A DNA stretch of 59,669 bases, counting the filler, from Platydemus manokwari (lineage: Eukaryota), in assembly GCA_037951405.1 (NCBI GenBank). It is 6 parts of 6 records of this genome, joined end to end, with 100 filler letters (N's around TTAATTAATTAA, not from the genome) between each part and the next. Parts side by side here need not be neighbours in the genome. Positions count along the whole stretch, not along the records: positions 1 to 12,715 come from JBBMOY010003349.1; positions 12,816 to 21,967 come from JBBMOY011291762.1; 4 more parts are not named here. The stretch is one strand, 5' to 3'. The first letter of the stretch is position 1. Each line of letters begins with the position of its first letter. Shown here one piece after another: positions 1 to 12,891 of the stretch. The notes under the pieces were generated by a model. It was not told the DNA's origin. It did no database searches and saw only the letters and a program-made list of their open reading frames with translations. A program made the position numbers and the translations under genes.

Positions 1-1959
1 TCACTTATATACATAGTAATTATCGGTTGAAAAATCGTTGATTTACTATTAAATTATCACCAAACAAGTTTCCATCAGATCAATATCTCTTGGGTTTCCT
101 TCGTCAAACTGGATAAAATCTTCTGACACTCTTCCCTTCTAGGTGTTTCAAGAGGTTTATTTCCACTTGGTCATTTAAAAGAACAAAGTCCGAAATCATT
201 TCGAAATATATTTAAAACTAAGACAGTGCAGAAGCACCATAAATCTTTTAACTAAAATCTAGAAAAATAGCTTTTTATGCATTTAGATTTAATTTTTGTG
301 CGTTATTTCCTGTCGATAACCAAGGCACATGTTCAGATTATTGAATTTTCGATTATTTAGTTCACGGTGCTGCAGAGAATTGTTTCCAGTAGATCCGATC
401 AATCAACGATGTTCTTAAGTGACACAATTGCTAAAAGAAGCCCAAAAAATTAGAATAATAATTAAATTATTTTAAAAACAGTTAAATAAATAATTCAAAA
501 AAGTAAAGCTCAGAGAAAAATTAGATAAATCAACGGAAAAATTCTTTAAAAATTCAAAGTTTTACACGTGTGGAGATCCTCACAGATCAACGCACAGTTT
601 ATGGGTGTTATAGAGCATTATTATGGCAAAATTCTTGACAATTAAATTAATCAATTTCAAGTTGTAAGAGGTGCTAATTGTCATTAGATGTGATCACTTT
701 CAACAATGATCATTCAAGCTTAGTTTACATTAAAATATTTGGAATTTATCTACCAAGTAAAATAATTATTCAATAGCGGTATGACAATATTTCTTGAATC
801 ATTTGTACAAGGATTTGCAAGGCAGCCTATTGAATATATTTTGTGGTGATATTGTTTCCCAAAGGCGTTAAATCGAGACTTCTACTTTCTGAAAAACAAT
901 AGGGTCAATGACTTTTCATTTCTATGTTCTACCACGGTCGATCATTTTCAAAACAAAAATCATAAATAGACGCCATGGGACTTGCTTATCTGCACATGGC
1001 CCATGTTATGGTAACATAAAATTAAAATAATATTATTTCTCAATAAAGATAAATCACGATATTTTTCTTCGTCAATCCAAATCACAGTGTATATGAAGCA
1101 ACTTTGAACATTCCTATGATGCTTTCTTTATGATTATTTTAAACACTAAAAAATTACAATCGTACTGCCACGTTGTATTCAATTCAACAATGTAAATTGT
1201 TTTCATAAAAACATGTGCTTCAACACTCACATAAAATGTACTTGTAAGCACACTGAATGTCTATATTTTAAAGCTAGCACAAATTTCATAACATGTACTC
1301 ATTATCTGCAGTTAGTGATGATTTGTGAGATCAGTATAATGAAACCTGGAAAAATAAATAATTAAATACCAATGACTAGGTGCGGTAATTAAAGCCTAAA
1401 TATATATCGTAGATTTGGTATCATAGCGATGCATAAAATTGTATTACGAATCCCATAAATGAAAATGAGACCATTGTGTCATAGCAATAAATTCCGAAGT
1501 TATATTTTGTATCTTTCACTGGACAATGCAAAGTATTAATAATGCGGAAGTGATGTCAAATGTTATGGGCAGCAATTTCATAAAATACGAATTTAAAACG
1601 AGCTTAAGAATTTCAACCCACAAAGTATATTTAATCAAAATATTTAAACAAATTAACTAAATCATTAAATTTTTTAATATCAGTAACGTTTCCTATTTGA
1701 AATGGTCGTTTAAAATATTGAATTGATTCTAAAGCACTCCATATACGGAGATTATATCTTATTCTGACAATATTAAATTAAAGAATCGAGCTCGAAAGCT
1801 TATATTCAAATGACATTTAATGGTTGAAAATGTTTTCCAGCTTCAATCCATTCAAAAAAAATTTATTGAATGGCGTTTTGCCATTCCTAATAATCAATTC
1901 ACAATCAGTTAACGAACCAATTTCAAAATCGATATTTCGTTTAAGTCCATACGAATGAA

Positions 1960-2159
1960 TCACACAGAAACAGAGGAACGTGTTTGGCACATTTCCAAAT
2001 GTCTAATGATTGATTGATAAATTGTTGAAACACTTGTTTGATCCCCATTCGTGTCAAAATGACATTTTGAATTTAAAAATTTCTCGACTCGGATTGATTT
2101 AACACGTGTATTCTTGAGATTTTGATTTACGGCCAAGAAGCATTTGTTGCCAACGGGAT
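1960..2159 (-). CDS. Possible orphan terminal coding exon, unknown product
   Basis: TTATAG acceptor followed by 65 open codons (PVGNKCFLAVNQNLKNTRVKSIRVEKFLNSKCHF...RSSVSV) and TGA; no upstream exon or family recognised. Confidence 0.3.
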
Positions 2160-5100
2160 CTATAAATTTTACGTTTGAAATTGTATGGGTGTATTCATGT
2201 ACACAGTATTAAAGGGGGTAAAAGAAAAGTCACAATGGCAAATTTTCTAAGCTCACTAACATTGTAATCGTGATATTAATCTAATATATAGATATATATA
2301 TCTGAATGATTTCAATGCTGAAAAATCAGCTGATGAGCAGAAAGAACAAAATAAAAACTAGGAGTTTAAATATACTTTTTAATTGTGCTTTGAATCAACT
2401 GCAAAAACCTTGGCGGTAATCTCAATGCGTATGTATGGGTGAGATATATGGATGAAGTAATTACATCAATATCTGACTCTTAACAGTGCCTAAGCGTAAG
2501 TCATATAAATGACGTGATCAATAAGGCAATTGAGTTCGAATGGTTTTCATTTTATTGACGATAATCCCCTTGAGGTTATTTATTATTAGTGAATTTAGTG
2601 AAATCACATTAGTCCCTGATGTTTGTGATCCTAATTTAGCTTTATATTTATGATTTTTTTGAAATTAAGTTTTACATTGTGTTCCATTAACATTTTTCTG
2701 CGTCATTCTTCGATATATTCTTTATTATTTTCATTTAGGTTCTTAACTAATTTTCCTGATAAAAATTATGGTTCGAACACTGTTCACGGTATTACTATTA
2801 CAAAATGAATAAAAATCTTTTCTTTATTAGCACTACAGTTTTGATGGACCTAATTTATTGGCACACCATTTTTCCCAAACTGTTTCTCTTGCTTGAACCC
2901 AATAAATAAGTTCTAACCTTCAGTTAAGCTGAAGGACAACATATGCTTGCTGAAACACTAAATCTAGTCACGCCAAAGCCTCCAGTTTAACACGAGATTT
3001 CCTATCTTAATGGAATTAACGAAAATAGAACTCTCAATAATCATTTGAATAAAATTACTCCTGGTTATTTGATACCTTTTAATTATTATTGATTCCATAT
3101 TTTTAGCAGAAATCAGCTTTGAAATTATATTTTATTATTGATATCATTATTGATTTATAATTTATAAATATAACGAGTCATATTTCTTAAAACAACACTT
3201 ATTTGAGTCACATCATTAACAAATTAAATTATTAACTAACTCTAAATTGTTTCACCCATTATTTCTTGAACTCTTTCAGATTTTTGAATCCATCTCAATG
3301 AAAATGTCAAAACCATAAAGAAAATAATATTATTGATAAAAACCACAGCAGATTAAATACCAAAAAGGTCAATAACACACTTTTATTATTATCAAATTAA
3401 GTTGTGGTTTGAGTTCATTTTATTTTATTCTGCCTCTCTGGGGTCTTTAGTAGTTAATATGAGGACTATACTACTGGAATTTAAAGACTTTAAAAGGCTT
3501 TTGACTGGCATTGTAATTAGAAGGGATAATTATGAACTTTCATAACGGAACAACAGATTAATTATGGTTTTGATGGTTTCGGGTTATTTAGTTACAAATT
3601 CAAGCTTAGTCGAGCTCCAACCCTGCCTACACTTAAATAATTATTGCGTTTTATAAAATACACTCTTCAGTCGCACGATATTCACATCACACACACGCAT
3701 TACAAAATTAATCGGGCCTAGTTAACAGATAGAGTAAAACAAAAAACTATTATCATGAGAAAACAAAGCTTATTTTCACACAAATCGTTATTATTTATGA
3801 AATACGAAAACTCAGAAATGATTCTATTGTGTGTTTTATCTGTATCCTTTATGGTGAGTCAAATTGTTGGAATTCAAATGGTATCGGAACATCATCTTTT
3901 TACAAAACATGACTTGGAAACATTAATTCAATACATTATTCAACTGTAATTTTCCCAGGATGAGTTTTTTGGAATGCAATGCTAAAATGAGTAAAACATT
4001 TTCATTCATTAATCACAAATCATCGACTTGTCCCGCGACACAGTGGTTATTAAAAGTAAACAGAAAATAGCACATCATCTCATATCTCATTTTTCTGAAA
4101 ATACTCTCAAACATCATACCAATGCATTGAATTTATTGAATTTAAATAATGGAATCTATTTGATCGACTTGTTATTGTTTATTGATTATCATTATATATT
4201 TAGAAATAATCATTAACGATAACACAGCACCAACAATCTTCCTATAAATGGAGTGGCGGTTATTTCAGACATTATGAGAAACCACGTTATGTCATGCAGG
4301 TGGCGGTAATAATTCGCAACTTGAAATCATCACATATCTGTTGAGATTAATTCGTTGATTGTAACTCTAAATAATTATGTCAACTTGATAATTCCAGTGC
4401 CTCGCTAAACTATTGACAACATTTAAGATAAATAATTTTTTAAGACAAGCTGCAATGAATGAATAGGTTGTTTTCATCCAAGCACACCCAAATACACCCA
4501 GACACACACACGCACAAACACATACATACAAGCAGGTAAGTAGTTATAATGAATGAGTCATTCAAGACCATGCAATTATATTTTTATATTTACAAATATC
4601 ACTTGTATTATTTTGTCTAGCTATCAAGCCGAATGATTTTTCATATATCTCTCTAGTTATTTGCAATTTATTCTAGTGAGTAATTGTAATAATGTTCAGT
4701 AAATATACAAACTTGTAGTTCGCCTGTCCTGTCAATTTGGTAAAAATAAAGAGATTATGTGCCACCACTACAGCATATTGTATATTACGAGAACAAGAAC
4801 AGTTTATGTTCCTCTGAACTGGAGAGAACAGAAGAGAACATGATACTAAAATTTGTAGAACGAAACTCCTGTTGATTGGGTTCGTTTACTTTTAATAAAA
4901 TGAATTTTCCTAGACCAAAACATTAATGATTGTGTTCATATATTGGAATGTTGATATATTTTTAGAATTTTCCACGACATAATGCTAGATATTTCGGAAT
5001 TATCAATATTTTTATACTATTATAATTTATTATTATTAGTATTTATATTATAATTTTGTATTTGTTATTATTATTTTTCTAATTATTATTATTGAGACAT

Positions 5101-8100
5101 GAAATAATAGGAAATTGAAATCCTATTACATGTTAAATCGATAATTAATTATCACATTATGTGATTAAAGAGTAGAGATGCTATTCGATAATTGAAAAGC
5201 AAAAAGCTTTATAAAATCTGTTAATGAATACTGCAACAATGTGTGTGTACTGGAGATATGTGTGTGTATTGGAGACCGTACCCAAAAGAATTCCTCATAA
5301 TAATTTCAAATTCTCATCATAACCACTGATAAATCCCGTTACCTACAATTCATGCACAAATAATCTGCTCAATGATCCTTTTCAAACCCTATTCAAATTT
5401 TATCTCATCAAATAAAAAGTCCACGGTATTCCCACCCGTTCATAACCAACCATACCATCTCCTTATTGGAACTTCTCAAAATACCAACAATATTTAGAGA
5501 GTGATGAAATAATTTTACAAACTTATTACCCGTCCAATTTTACAGAAAGACGCAAATTGACTATTGGTACGAGACTGACTTAAAATAATGATCATAATCA
5601 TAAATAATAATAATTATAATAATAATAATAATATACGTATGCGAATTCATACCGATTACCGAAACATCTAGAACCAGTGATAGCTAGATAAAATATCCTT
5701 CCACAACACACAGTATCATTGTAAGCGGCGACCTTTTAATAAAGCACGAATAGAAAACGAACTGAAAAATCACGACATCAAATTATATTTTTATTATCAT
5801 TATTTATTATTTATAAAGATTAGATTATAAAATTTCTCAAATTTTATTTTATTATAAATCCTCACAATGATGGTGAAAGAAGATTGTCACAAAATAAGAT
5901 ACAATAACCAGAAAATATTGGAATATAAGTTCGGGAAAGAATATTTTAAGAAACGATCAATGAAAAAACAATTTCACTACAATGCCTGTCACACAATTAG
6001 GTTAAGTAAATAGGTGCTCTAGCAATAGATTGAAAAATAATCCGGAGCCAACAAATTGAAAAACTAAAATATTGCATGCATATTGATTACAAACAGGTTA
6101 CCGTCTGGTTTGTGAATGAATAGATTTATTCGATCAGAGATAAGGCCTGCGAGCAGATAATGCTTGCGAATAATCACGTAGATCATTCTGAAAATAGTAT
6201 TTTTCCTGACTTCCTTTTCTGATACGGTTTTTTCACTGGCGTTTTTTATGTGGTTTGTTGTGTGATTTGATTTAATAGGCCTTTCGGCTTTACGGCCTTG
6301 GACTATCTGAGGGTGTGGCTTTTTTATATCGGATTTACTAAAAATAAAGTGTTTTTAATTTTATTCTTTGAATGGGGTGAGAGTTTCATATTCTTCAAGT
6401 TTACCTATATAGGTATTGCAGGCTTAGTTCTAAAATCCGTGGACTATTATTTCTGTAATCATACACAAACACTCATTATTAATGACCATATTTTATTGAA
6501 TGCTATCCTCATATTTATTTTTATTATCCGTTCTATTATTTATGCCTCTATCCGTTTATTTGTTTGTTACCCATCTGTTATTTCTCTTCACTTTATCCTG
6601 TGTAGTTATTCCTGTTAGATATTTAACTTTTTTATCCAAATAAAACCAAACAATAACCAAACACGATAAAAATAAGCGATGTCGAACATTAATGTAATTC
6701 ACAATGCTATTCTTAAGTTTTCATTAAGTTCGCATTTCAATTCTAGCGGCGAGTTTGGTTATAACGAAACTGATAAGATAAAACAGGAAGTATAGAGAGC
6801 TAAATGTATTGATTAATTGATGATCGTGGATAGATTGGATCAGATTCGATTGGATATTTAATTCTAGAATTGATAGAGTTGAATTTATTGTTTGATAGAA
6901 TTGACAGAAAAGAGGATATCAAGTTGATAGATTAATATGTTGTTCGATATATTTTGATGCGATGATTTACTGTTTGGGATTCATTCGAGTTCGATGATTC
7001 GACGATTGGAGGTCTTATTGAAGTGCTCTTTTAGAATAAAAGGAAACCAATCATTAATAATCATAAAGATAATTGAAATACCTTAATTAAAATCAAAAGA
7101 AACATCCAAAATTGTGGGCGTTAGCGAGTCATGATTAAATGAGAGCGGGATTGTCAAGTATTGAAATCACCAAACATCGACAAATATTGTCATTTAAAAT
7201 TACTAAATATAGAAATCAAATCGTGAATGACGGAAAATAAATACATCAATACAATTTATAATAACTGAGCTCAATCAATAACAGCTCCCACAATTTCTCA
7301 TAGACAAATCCAGTAATTTATTTATAATATTTATAATTAATACACTATTATGCCGTCCTTCGGAGCTGTCATACTAGAGAGTGCACAATCTAGGTGAAGA
7401 AAGAACAGAATAAATTAATTAAATAAATTATCAGAGATCACGAGTCTTATATGGCATAGTATATAGCATAAATTCTCAAGAATAACTTGAATAGAATAAA
7501 ATCGACTGGACTCCAAACGTATCAGAAGAATTCATCCAAAGGTTTTCATTACTATTTAACCTTATCAAGGACTTAGTCATAATTTCCCCAGGACTATTTA
7601 AAAGAGAATTCATCTTTGTCATGTTAATCGTTTCTGTCAATACAATTCTTACCAACTGTCCTAGGCCTAAAATTTAAGTCGACATCGTTGGGCAAAATAA
7701 ATTCTAAAATCGTTATTAAATTATTGTCAAATTATTATTCTGTTGTGTCAAGAAAACCTGCCAAGTAATATATTTTATTTTACTCTCGATATAGCGCTCA
7801 TAGAGTTCGATATTTCATATTAAATCAATTCTTCGATTTGTTCTTTCTTTTTGTTCAGGTTTTATTGATTAAACAGCTAGCCACCGTATCGTAAATTTTT
7901 TCTTGCCTATACCAACTCATCGTTAATAATTATATTTTCAGAAATATATTATTACCATTTATTGAGGTCGATCAAACAAAAGGTAAGCAAAAAGAATTTA
8001 GATTGTTAAAATAAATTTTTATTTCATTTAATTTTGACATAATTTTTTATATATTGTTATTTGGGGTGCTTAGATTATTAAATTTTCAATTTACATGTCG

Positions 8101-9675
8101 TTTAAATACTTTTCATGTTTCTATATTTTTATCGATGTTTAATTTTACATTTTCCCGTTGTATTCTAAAATTTTAGATTTTTATATATTATTTTATAATT
8201 TATAATTTTTAATTTCTAATAATTTCGCTTCCGAAAATAGTGTCGAATTTGAGGGGCTAGATTTGACCCCACAATACAAAATTCTGCTTGTAAATGATTG
8301 GTAATTGTTTGTAACATTGGTAAATAAATAATCTTTTTTGAAAAGTTATCAGGTGTCCTTCTGAAAATCGTATAAATATGGAGGTGTTGGAAAAGTGCCC
8401 CAAATGCCACAAATACCCGTGAAAGAATCGAATGAGATGAGGAAAAAAACTGGGATGGAGTAGTTTATCATGGGGATAAGTCCGAAAAGGTCGGCCGGAG
8501 TGAAAGAAAATACAAGATCAAGACAGAACCGGCAATCCCAGATGATGCAAAGATCGAGACATAGAGGTGATGGGAACTCCACAAACAAGTGGACATTGAT
8601 GAGGAGTTCGACCACGGATATTTGTAAGTAACTTCTGTGATTCATTCATCTTAAATTTGTCTCAAATCTTTATCTTAAACCCATGTACTTTCCAAGTCCT
8701 TCCTTAATTATCAATAACAATTTAAAAAATAATTGAAATTAAAAATTTTAATAAAAATAAACTCAAAATAAAATTATAATAAAATCGGACTACATAAAAT
8801 GATAAATAGAGAGCCTAAAATAATAATAATAACGAAAATAAAAATTTACTTATAAAAATTGACATTTGTTTTAGTACGCTAAATTTATAGAAATTCCAAA
8901 ATTTCCAAAATTAATTCATAAGAATTTCTAAAAATGTCTAAAATTTTAAAATAATAGAATTAAATGAGCAAATTTATTAAAATAAATCGATATAAATTTT
9001 TGGAAAAGTAAAATAATTTTAATTTCGAAGTGGAAAAGTAAAAATATTTTAAATTTCTTTATTATAATTTCCACTTATAAAATAGTATAAATAGGCACCA
9101 AAAATCATAAATTTTCGCTCTTAAAAATCTTAACCGACAAAGTTGGAATTTTAATGAAAAAGAAAGTTAAGCTGACTACCACAGTACCAATCTCAAGAAG
9201 AATAATTCATAAACTCCGGGAAACCCATAAACAACAGCTTAAAATGAGTTGGCAATTTTGGATTTTGTACCAAGGCGAAAGATAAGAAATTTAAATCAAT
9301 ATTTTGAAATCTTTATATTTAAAATCTTTATTTACAAGGTCGATTGGTTAAATTCGTGTTGACCGATCCCGTCCATAAACGGTGAGAGATAAATACATGT
9401 TTGTTGGATAAATAAATCACCTGTTGACCTGATTAATAATTTAAATAAATTTATTGATTGTAATTTGTAGAATCATTTCGTAATTTGATTCGGTTTCAAT
9501 ACTGGAATATTTTTTCAAACGTCTTTGTTTTGATTTATTGATGAATCCAAATATAAGCAATAACATGATGTTCACAGGAGGAAGACGCATAGAGAAATAA
9601 GTATATAAAGACCGAGGTAACTCTTTATTTTCACCCTTCAAATTAGCCGACTTCAAGAGGTAAGATACATTATAT

Positions 9676-10036
9676 TGTTAGTGTAACTTACCATACAACC
9701 AGCTGAGTTGTAAGGAAGTAGTGTATTGTAAAAGTACCATTGTATTGGTATTAGCAGTGCGCTAAGCCTTTTAGAGGTAAAGTATTGCGGTGTAATATTA
9801 GCCAGAAGTATATTCTGAGCTAAGGTATTCAGAAGTATCGGGACCCAGTCTTCGAATTATTAACTTAACTTTATAGGGACTTGTGTTCCTTTTGTGTAAT
9901 CTTTTATTGGTGTAAATTGTCATATAAGTAAAGGTTAATCAGGAAGTTGTTTTATCTTGGTGTGCACCGGTTATAGTATAAGAGTCAGATAGGAAATTAA
10001 CCGAGCCATTAAGTTAGCGTAGATCTAAACTTAACA
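9676..10036. mobile_element. Possible solo LTR
   Basis: About 360-bp segment bounded by TGTTA...TAACA inverted ends, less AT-rich than the flanks, with AATAAA on the minus strand near 9905; no clean target-site duplication. Confidence 0.3.
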
Positions 10037-10681
10037 TTATTATTGATACAAAGAGTTCATATAGTAAATAGTTGTTGTCGTAAATTTATATAATAAATAG
10101 TTGTTGTTTATTAGACTGATAGTCGAGAGGGTTGATTTGAATTTAAGTCAAATTAGTCTCATCGGACTCACTTGCTGGGAAGACTCTATAAGCCCAAAAA
10201 CTCAACCGAGGTAAAAAGCATTTTATCATTTTACAAAATTCCATTTACATCAGAAAGTTATCGAATTTTAACATATGATACTTATTAATGAATTTACGTG
10301 CTGGTGAGAGCTGTGGTAAACAGTAAATTCTTCAGCATACAGTAATGGTAGCAGCTAAAAAATTTTGGAAATCTGTAATTATTAATAATAATACTTGTAG
10401 GATATAATTCTGAGCCATTAGCACAATGCAGTATTAAGATTTTATCGATTATCCATATTTGTGGACCTAACTAAATTTCGATTCAAACAGAAATATAACG
10501 TATTCTAAGATGCTTTAAATTTTCACTGGTGTGAGCTGGTTAAAGGTCAGAGTTATATTTAAACAGATTTTAGAAACCAACATAATTATAATTATAATTA
10601 TAGCTACTATTATTAATATTATTATTGCAAATATTATTATTATTATTATTATTAATTCTTCCAAGTCGAATCAATGATTTA

Positions 10682-11111
10682 TTAAATTTTAAAGTTCCTC
10701 TTCTTAGTTTCGGCATTCACGTGAAATATATTTTTAATGAGTAACACCTGAATAAAAGCTGTACCAATTATAATGGCTATATGAATAATGCCCCATCTGG
10801 TAACAGCAATCCGATTAGCTTCCATAAAATACCTATCAACTAATTCAGATGACCTTTTCCTGTGATAAATGTTTCGAATTGCTCTAACTGCTTGATAGAT
10901 TTGGAACAGCGAAAACTTGAAAATCAATGATTATCATTATTCATTATTATCGAAACCTACATGCAATACATCAATATTTTTCATATTGTTTTCGTTATAC
11001 ATTGTTTCATCTTCAATCTTGAAGGATATTTTTTTTAAACCGCTCGAAGTAATTTGATTGTCAAAGCATATTCTATAATATCTGCCGGAGAACTCTTTCA
11101 AGATATTGATT
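10682..11111 (-). CDS. p24/emp24/TMED family cargo receptor, 3' exons (end of GOLD domain, coiled coil, TM, tail)
   Basis: GRYYRICFDNQITSSGLKKISF matches the GOLD motif G.Y.FCFDN...K.V.F; DRYFMEANRIAVTRWGIIHIAIIIGTAFIQVLLIKNIF matches the p24 juxtamembrane/TM pattern. A phase-0 GT-AG intron at 10916-10960 (45 bp) joins the two ORFs. The 5' part (to ~11400) could not be assembled. Confidence 0.8.
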
Positions 11112-12529
11112 CTAAAGTATAACAATAATAATGAAGATTACCATGATATCATTATTTATTAAATGCTCAAAATGTCAGAACACAACGCGCTTCATAGAGA
11201 TTTTGCCTTCTCGTTGAATCAGAAAATACGTTTCTTTTACAAGGTCTTTACAATTATAAAGAATGTGAAGGTTTCAGGTCGATTAAGTCCGCTAGCATAG
11301 CTCAATTGAAATTTTTCGGGTATTGCAGAAAAATTAATAAAAAAAATCCAGAATAAAATATTTAATGGATCAAATGATAGATGCAAGGGTGTGGCATTAT
11401 TTTCCTATTTATGAATATTGTTGCTGGTGTATTGATTTCTCGTGTTAAAACAACGGTAAATGTTTATTCGATATGGTAACCAGATATTATTATTTATATA
11501 AATATTCACATGAATCGGCATCATATCTTTACATTATAAGATCGTTGATAGCACAAGTAAATCGTGGTTTATCTCGCATATCGTCACTACATGATACTCA
11601 GTATAAGTTAATTCATATTAATAGCTCTCTCTACTAGCTTATTCCATTGAAGTTCAGATGAGGAAGATTATTTTCGTTTTTATATTTATATAAGATTTAT
11701 AGAGCGCTAATAGTGCCAAAAAATTATGGTATACATATTGGAATCGATTTATCAGAAAAATTCGAGTTCATAGCAGCTTTCTGTAACCGACCGTTGATGC
11801 AAAGATAAATAAAAAGCTCATATATTTCTGGAATCAACGGAACAACGGATTTAAAGGAAACTCAGCATCAAGTTATTAAAATTTCCGACTCAATCAATAC
11901 AAATACTTGACTTGAAAACCAATTAAAACAAACTAATGCCTAAAGTTTAGTTAAATGAAGATGATAAAGAATCCGACATTGGAATCTACGTTCTGAGAAT
12001 CAAGATTAAGTTGATTAAAACACCCCAAAGTTGATAAAAATATTTCATTTATACCTTGTTACTGATTTCCACACTCGATGATAATTATAAAAGAAAATTC
12101 ATTTATATTTAAAAATTTTTAATTTAATTATTTAAAACAAAAAATCTTAAAATTTCTAATTCTTTTCCTTTCGTCGACGATGTCTGGCGATGATTAGAAA
12201 GTACAATTTTTCCTCGTCTCATCTTTCTGCTTTATTCTAACAATGAATTATTTTTCATGATTTTTCATTATGTTTTCAATTAATTGATAATATGTTCAGA
12301 AAATTCTGATCAGATAGAATTGAATTCGATAAGCTGTGATAAAGATTTCACAATTAAATACGTCCAGATTCACTGCAACTTCAAACGATGGTGTTCCATG
12401 TTTTATGGTCTTGAGTGCATTAGATATGCAATTCATAACACGATTTTATTATTAATAATATTTCTTAATTATCATCCCTTTGTTGTTTAAATATTCAGTT
12501 ATAAATTGAGGATATAATTCATTTGCTTA

Positions 12530-12715
12530 CTTGACCTACTTTCGTTATAATAAATTTTCGCGCATGAAATAATTTTATAATTTCATGTATATAACTGCTA
12601 TGTTTAAATTTACTCGTATGATTCAGTTAAAATCTCACTTTTTAAGATGTCTAATAGTGACAAAACATAATTTTAAAACCAAGTTCCCATTCTAATCACA
12701 ACACTTCTATATGAT
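12530..12715 (+). repeat. Dispersed repeat copy, homologous to 41045-41223
   Basis: Near-identical blocks such as ATCTCACTTTTTAAGATGTCTAATAGTGACAAAACATA and ATTCTAATCACAACAC occur at both places; this copy is cut by the contig end. Confidence 0.9.
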
Positions 12716-12815
12716 NNNNNNNNNNNNNNNNNNNNNNNNNNNNNNNNNNNNNNNNNNNNTTAATTAATTAANNNNNNNNNNNNNNNNNNNNNNNNNNNNN
12801 NNNNNNNNNNNNNNN
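12716..12815. other. Artificial contig spacer (44N-TTAATTAATTAA-44N)
   Basis: Exactly 100 nt; the palindromic 12-mer gives stops in all six frames; five identical copies in the window. Confidence 0.98.
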
Positions 12816-12851
12816 TAATACTATTATTATTATTATTATTATTATTAATAC

Positions 12852-12890
<39 letters not shown>
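12816..12890. repeat. (ATT)n microsatellite at contig start
   Basis: Long TATTAT... run interrupted once by AATAC. Confidence 0.85.

Positions 12891-12891
<1 letters not shown>

Noticed and set aside
60-200. Possible RTE-LINE 3' end on the minus strand (PSGNKPLETPRR)
   Set aside because: Only a vague resemblance to GKRPRGRPR; too short to support.
3755-6618. Short plus-strand ORFs (64, 62 and 106 aa)
   Set aside because: I/L/F/N/K-rich peptides expected from AT-rich non-coding DNA; no motifs or splice context.
11680-11705. Resemblance to a planarian spliced-leader sequence (CTATAAATCTTATAT on the minus strand)
   Set aside because: AT-only partial match with no SL 5' part, donor or Sm site.
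12760-12771. Recurring TTAATTAATTAA palindrome as a biological repeat or CRISPR-like element
   Set aside because: Always centred in exactly 44+44 Ns; it is a synthetic linker.
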